Below are positions 62,789 through 64,000 of a stretch of DNA of 64,000 nt, in pieces. A model generated the notes under the pieces. It was not told the DNA's origin, ran no database searches, and worked only from the letters and a program-made list of their open reading frames with translations. Origin of the DNA: Mustelus asterias (Eukaryota); assembly GCF_964213995.1 (NCBI RefSeq), contig NW_027590385.1, positions 186,001 to 250,000 on the forward strand. Direction: 5' to 3'. The position numbers and the translations under genes were made by a program. The stretch's first letter is position 1. Each line of letters starts with the position of its first letter.

Positions 62789-64000
62789 AAGAACAAAGAA
62801 CAATACAGCACAGGAACAGGCCCTTCGGCCCTCCACGCCCGCGCCGCTCCCCGGTCCAGGATTGAATCCTGAATCCAGGATCCCCGCCCAATTTTCCAGC
62901 CTATCTACATACCAATATCCTATCCACCGAGCTGTCCCTCACAGCTACGATGCTTTGTTCATTACAACCTATTAACTCACCCCCACCCCCCCCCCCCCCC
63001 CATTCCAGACCATGTGATCTCCGGGGAGAGGCGAAAACCCCGAGTGAAAAACCCCAGGGCCAATATGGGGAAAAGAAATCTGGGAAATTCCTCTCCGACC
63101 CCCTGAGGCGATCGAAACGAGTCCAGGAGATCACAATGGCCCCGATCGGAAAATGCTTCCCAACCCTAGTCATTTCCACTTCCACGAACACCATATGAAT
63201 TCCCTGCCCCCGAGACAGGTTCCCAACTATCCGCAGTCTCGCTCTGTACTGGCACCAGCAAGATGATCATAGAATGAAGCCTTGAAACGAGAAACAAGGA
63301 ACAATTAGCCCGCGCCGCTCCCTGGTCCAAACTAGACCACTCTTTTGTATCCCTCCATTCCCACTCCGTTCATATAGCTGTCTCGATAAGTCTTAAACGT
63401 TCCCAGTGTGTCCGCCTCCACCACCTTGCCCGGCAACACATTCCAGGCCCCCACGACCCTCTGTGTGAAATATGTCCTTCTGATATCTGTGTTAAACCTC
63501 CCCCCCTTCACCTTGACCCTATGACCCCTCGTGAACGTCACCACCGACCCGGGGAAAAGCTTCCCACCGTTCACCCTATCTATGCCTTTCATAATTTTAT
63601 ACACCTCTATTAAGTCTCCCCTCATCCTCCGTCTTTCCAAGGAGAACAACCCCAGTTTCCCCAATCTCTCCTCATAACCAAGCCCCTCCATACCAGGCAA
63701 CATCCTGGTAAACCTCCTCTGTACTCTCTCCAAAGCCTCCACGTCCTTCTGGTAGTGTGGCGACCAGAACTGGACGCAGTATTCCAAATGCGGCCGAACC
63801 AACGTTCTATACATCTGCAACATCAGACCCCAACTCTTATACTCTATGCCCCGTCCTATAAAGGCAAGCATGCCATATGCCTTCTTCACCACCTTCTCCA
63901 CCTGTGACGTCACCTTCAAGGATCTGTGGACTTGCACACCCAGGTCCCTCTGCGTCTCTACACCCTTTATGGTTCTTCCATTTATCGTGTAGCCCCTCCC
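62789..64000 (-). mobile_element. Young CR1 LINE with extended 3' UTR (continues beyond window)
   Basis: ORF 63332-63937 open; near-identical to 35276-36520; interrupts the next Val repeat unit. Confidence 0.95.

Overview
Eukaryotic, repeat-rich DNA, almost certainly from a cartilaginous fish (HE1-type V-SINEs, shark CR1/HER1-type LINEs, Penelope-like elements). I find no intact host protein-coding gene. At the left edge (320-585) is the 3' two-thirds of a T-cell-receptor-like V gene segment, broken in FR2 by a SINE. It has a 23-bp-spacer RSS and a CTCF-like motif just downstream. The rest is a tRNA gene cluster built from nested segmental duplications of a Cys/Glu/Lys/Pro/Leu/Thr/Asn module, ending in a ~1.2-kb tandem tRNA-Val array with a dimeric higher-order pattern. 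About 9 tRNA copies look intact or nearly so (Thr-CGT, Thr-TGT x2, Lys-CTT x2, Asn-GTT, Cys-GCA, Leu-TAG, Val-AAC); dozens are pseudogenes. Most unusual: five tRNA-Pro copies with a 17-18 nt insertion at the canonical 37/38 intron site, minimal hammerhead ribozyme motifs in Penelope-derived repeats, and a structured ~450-bp cassette in the 3' UTR of a young CR1 subfamily. All calls come from manual reading; boundaries of degenerate elements are approximate.
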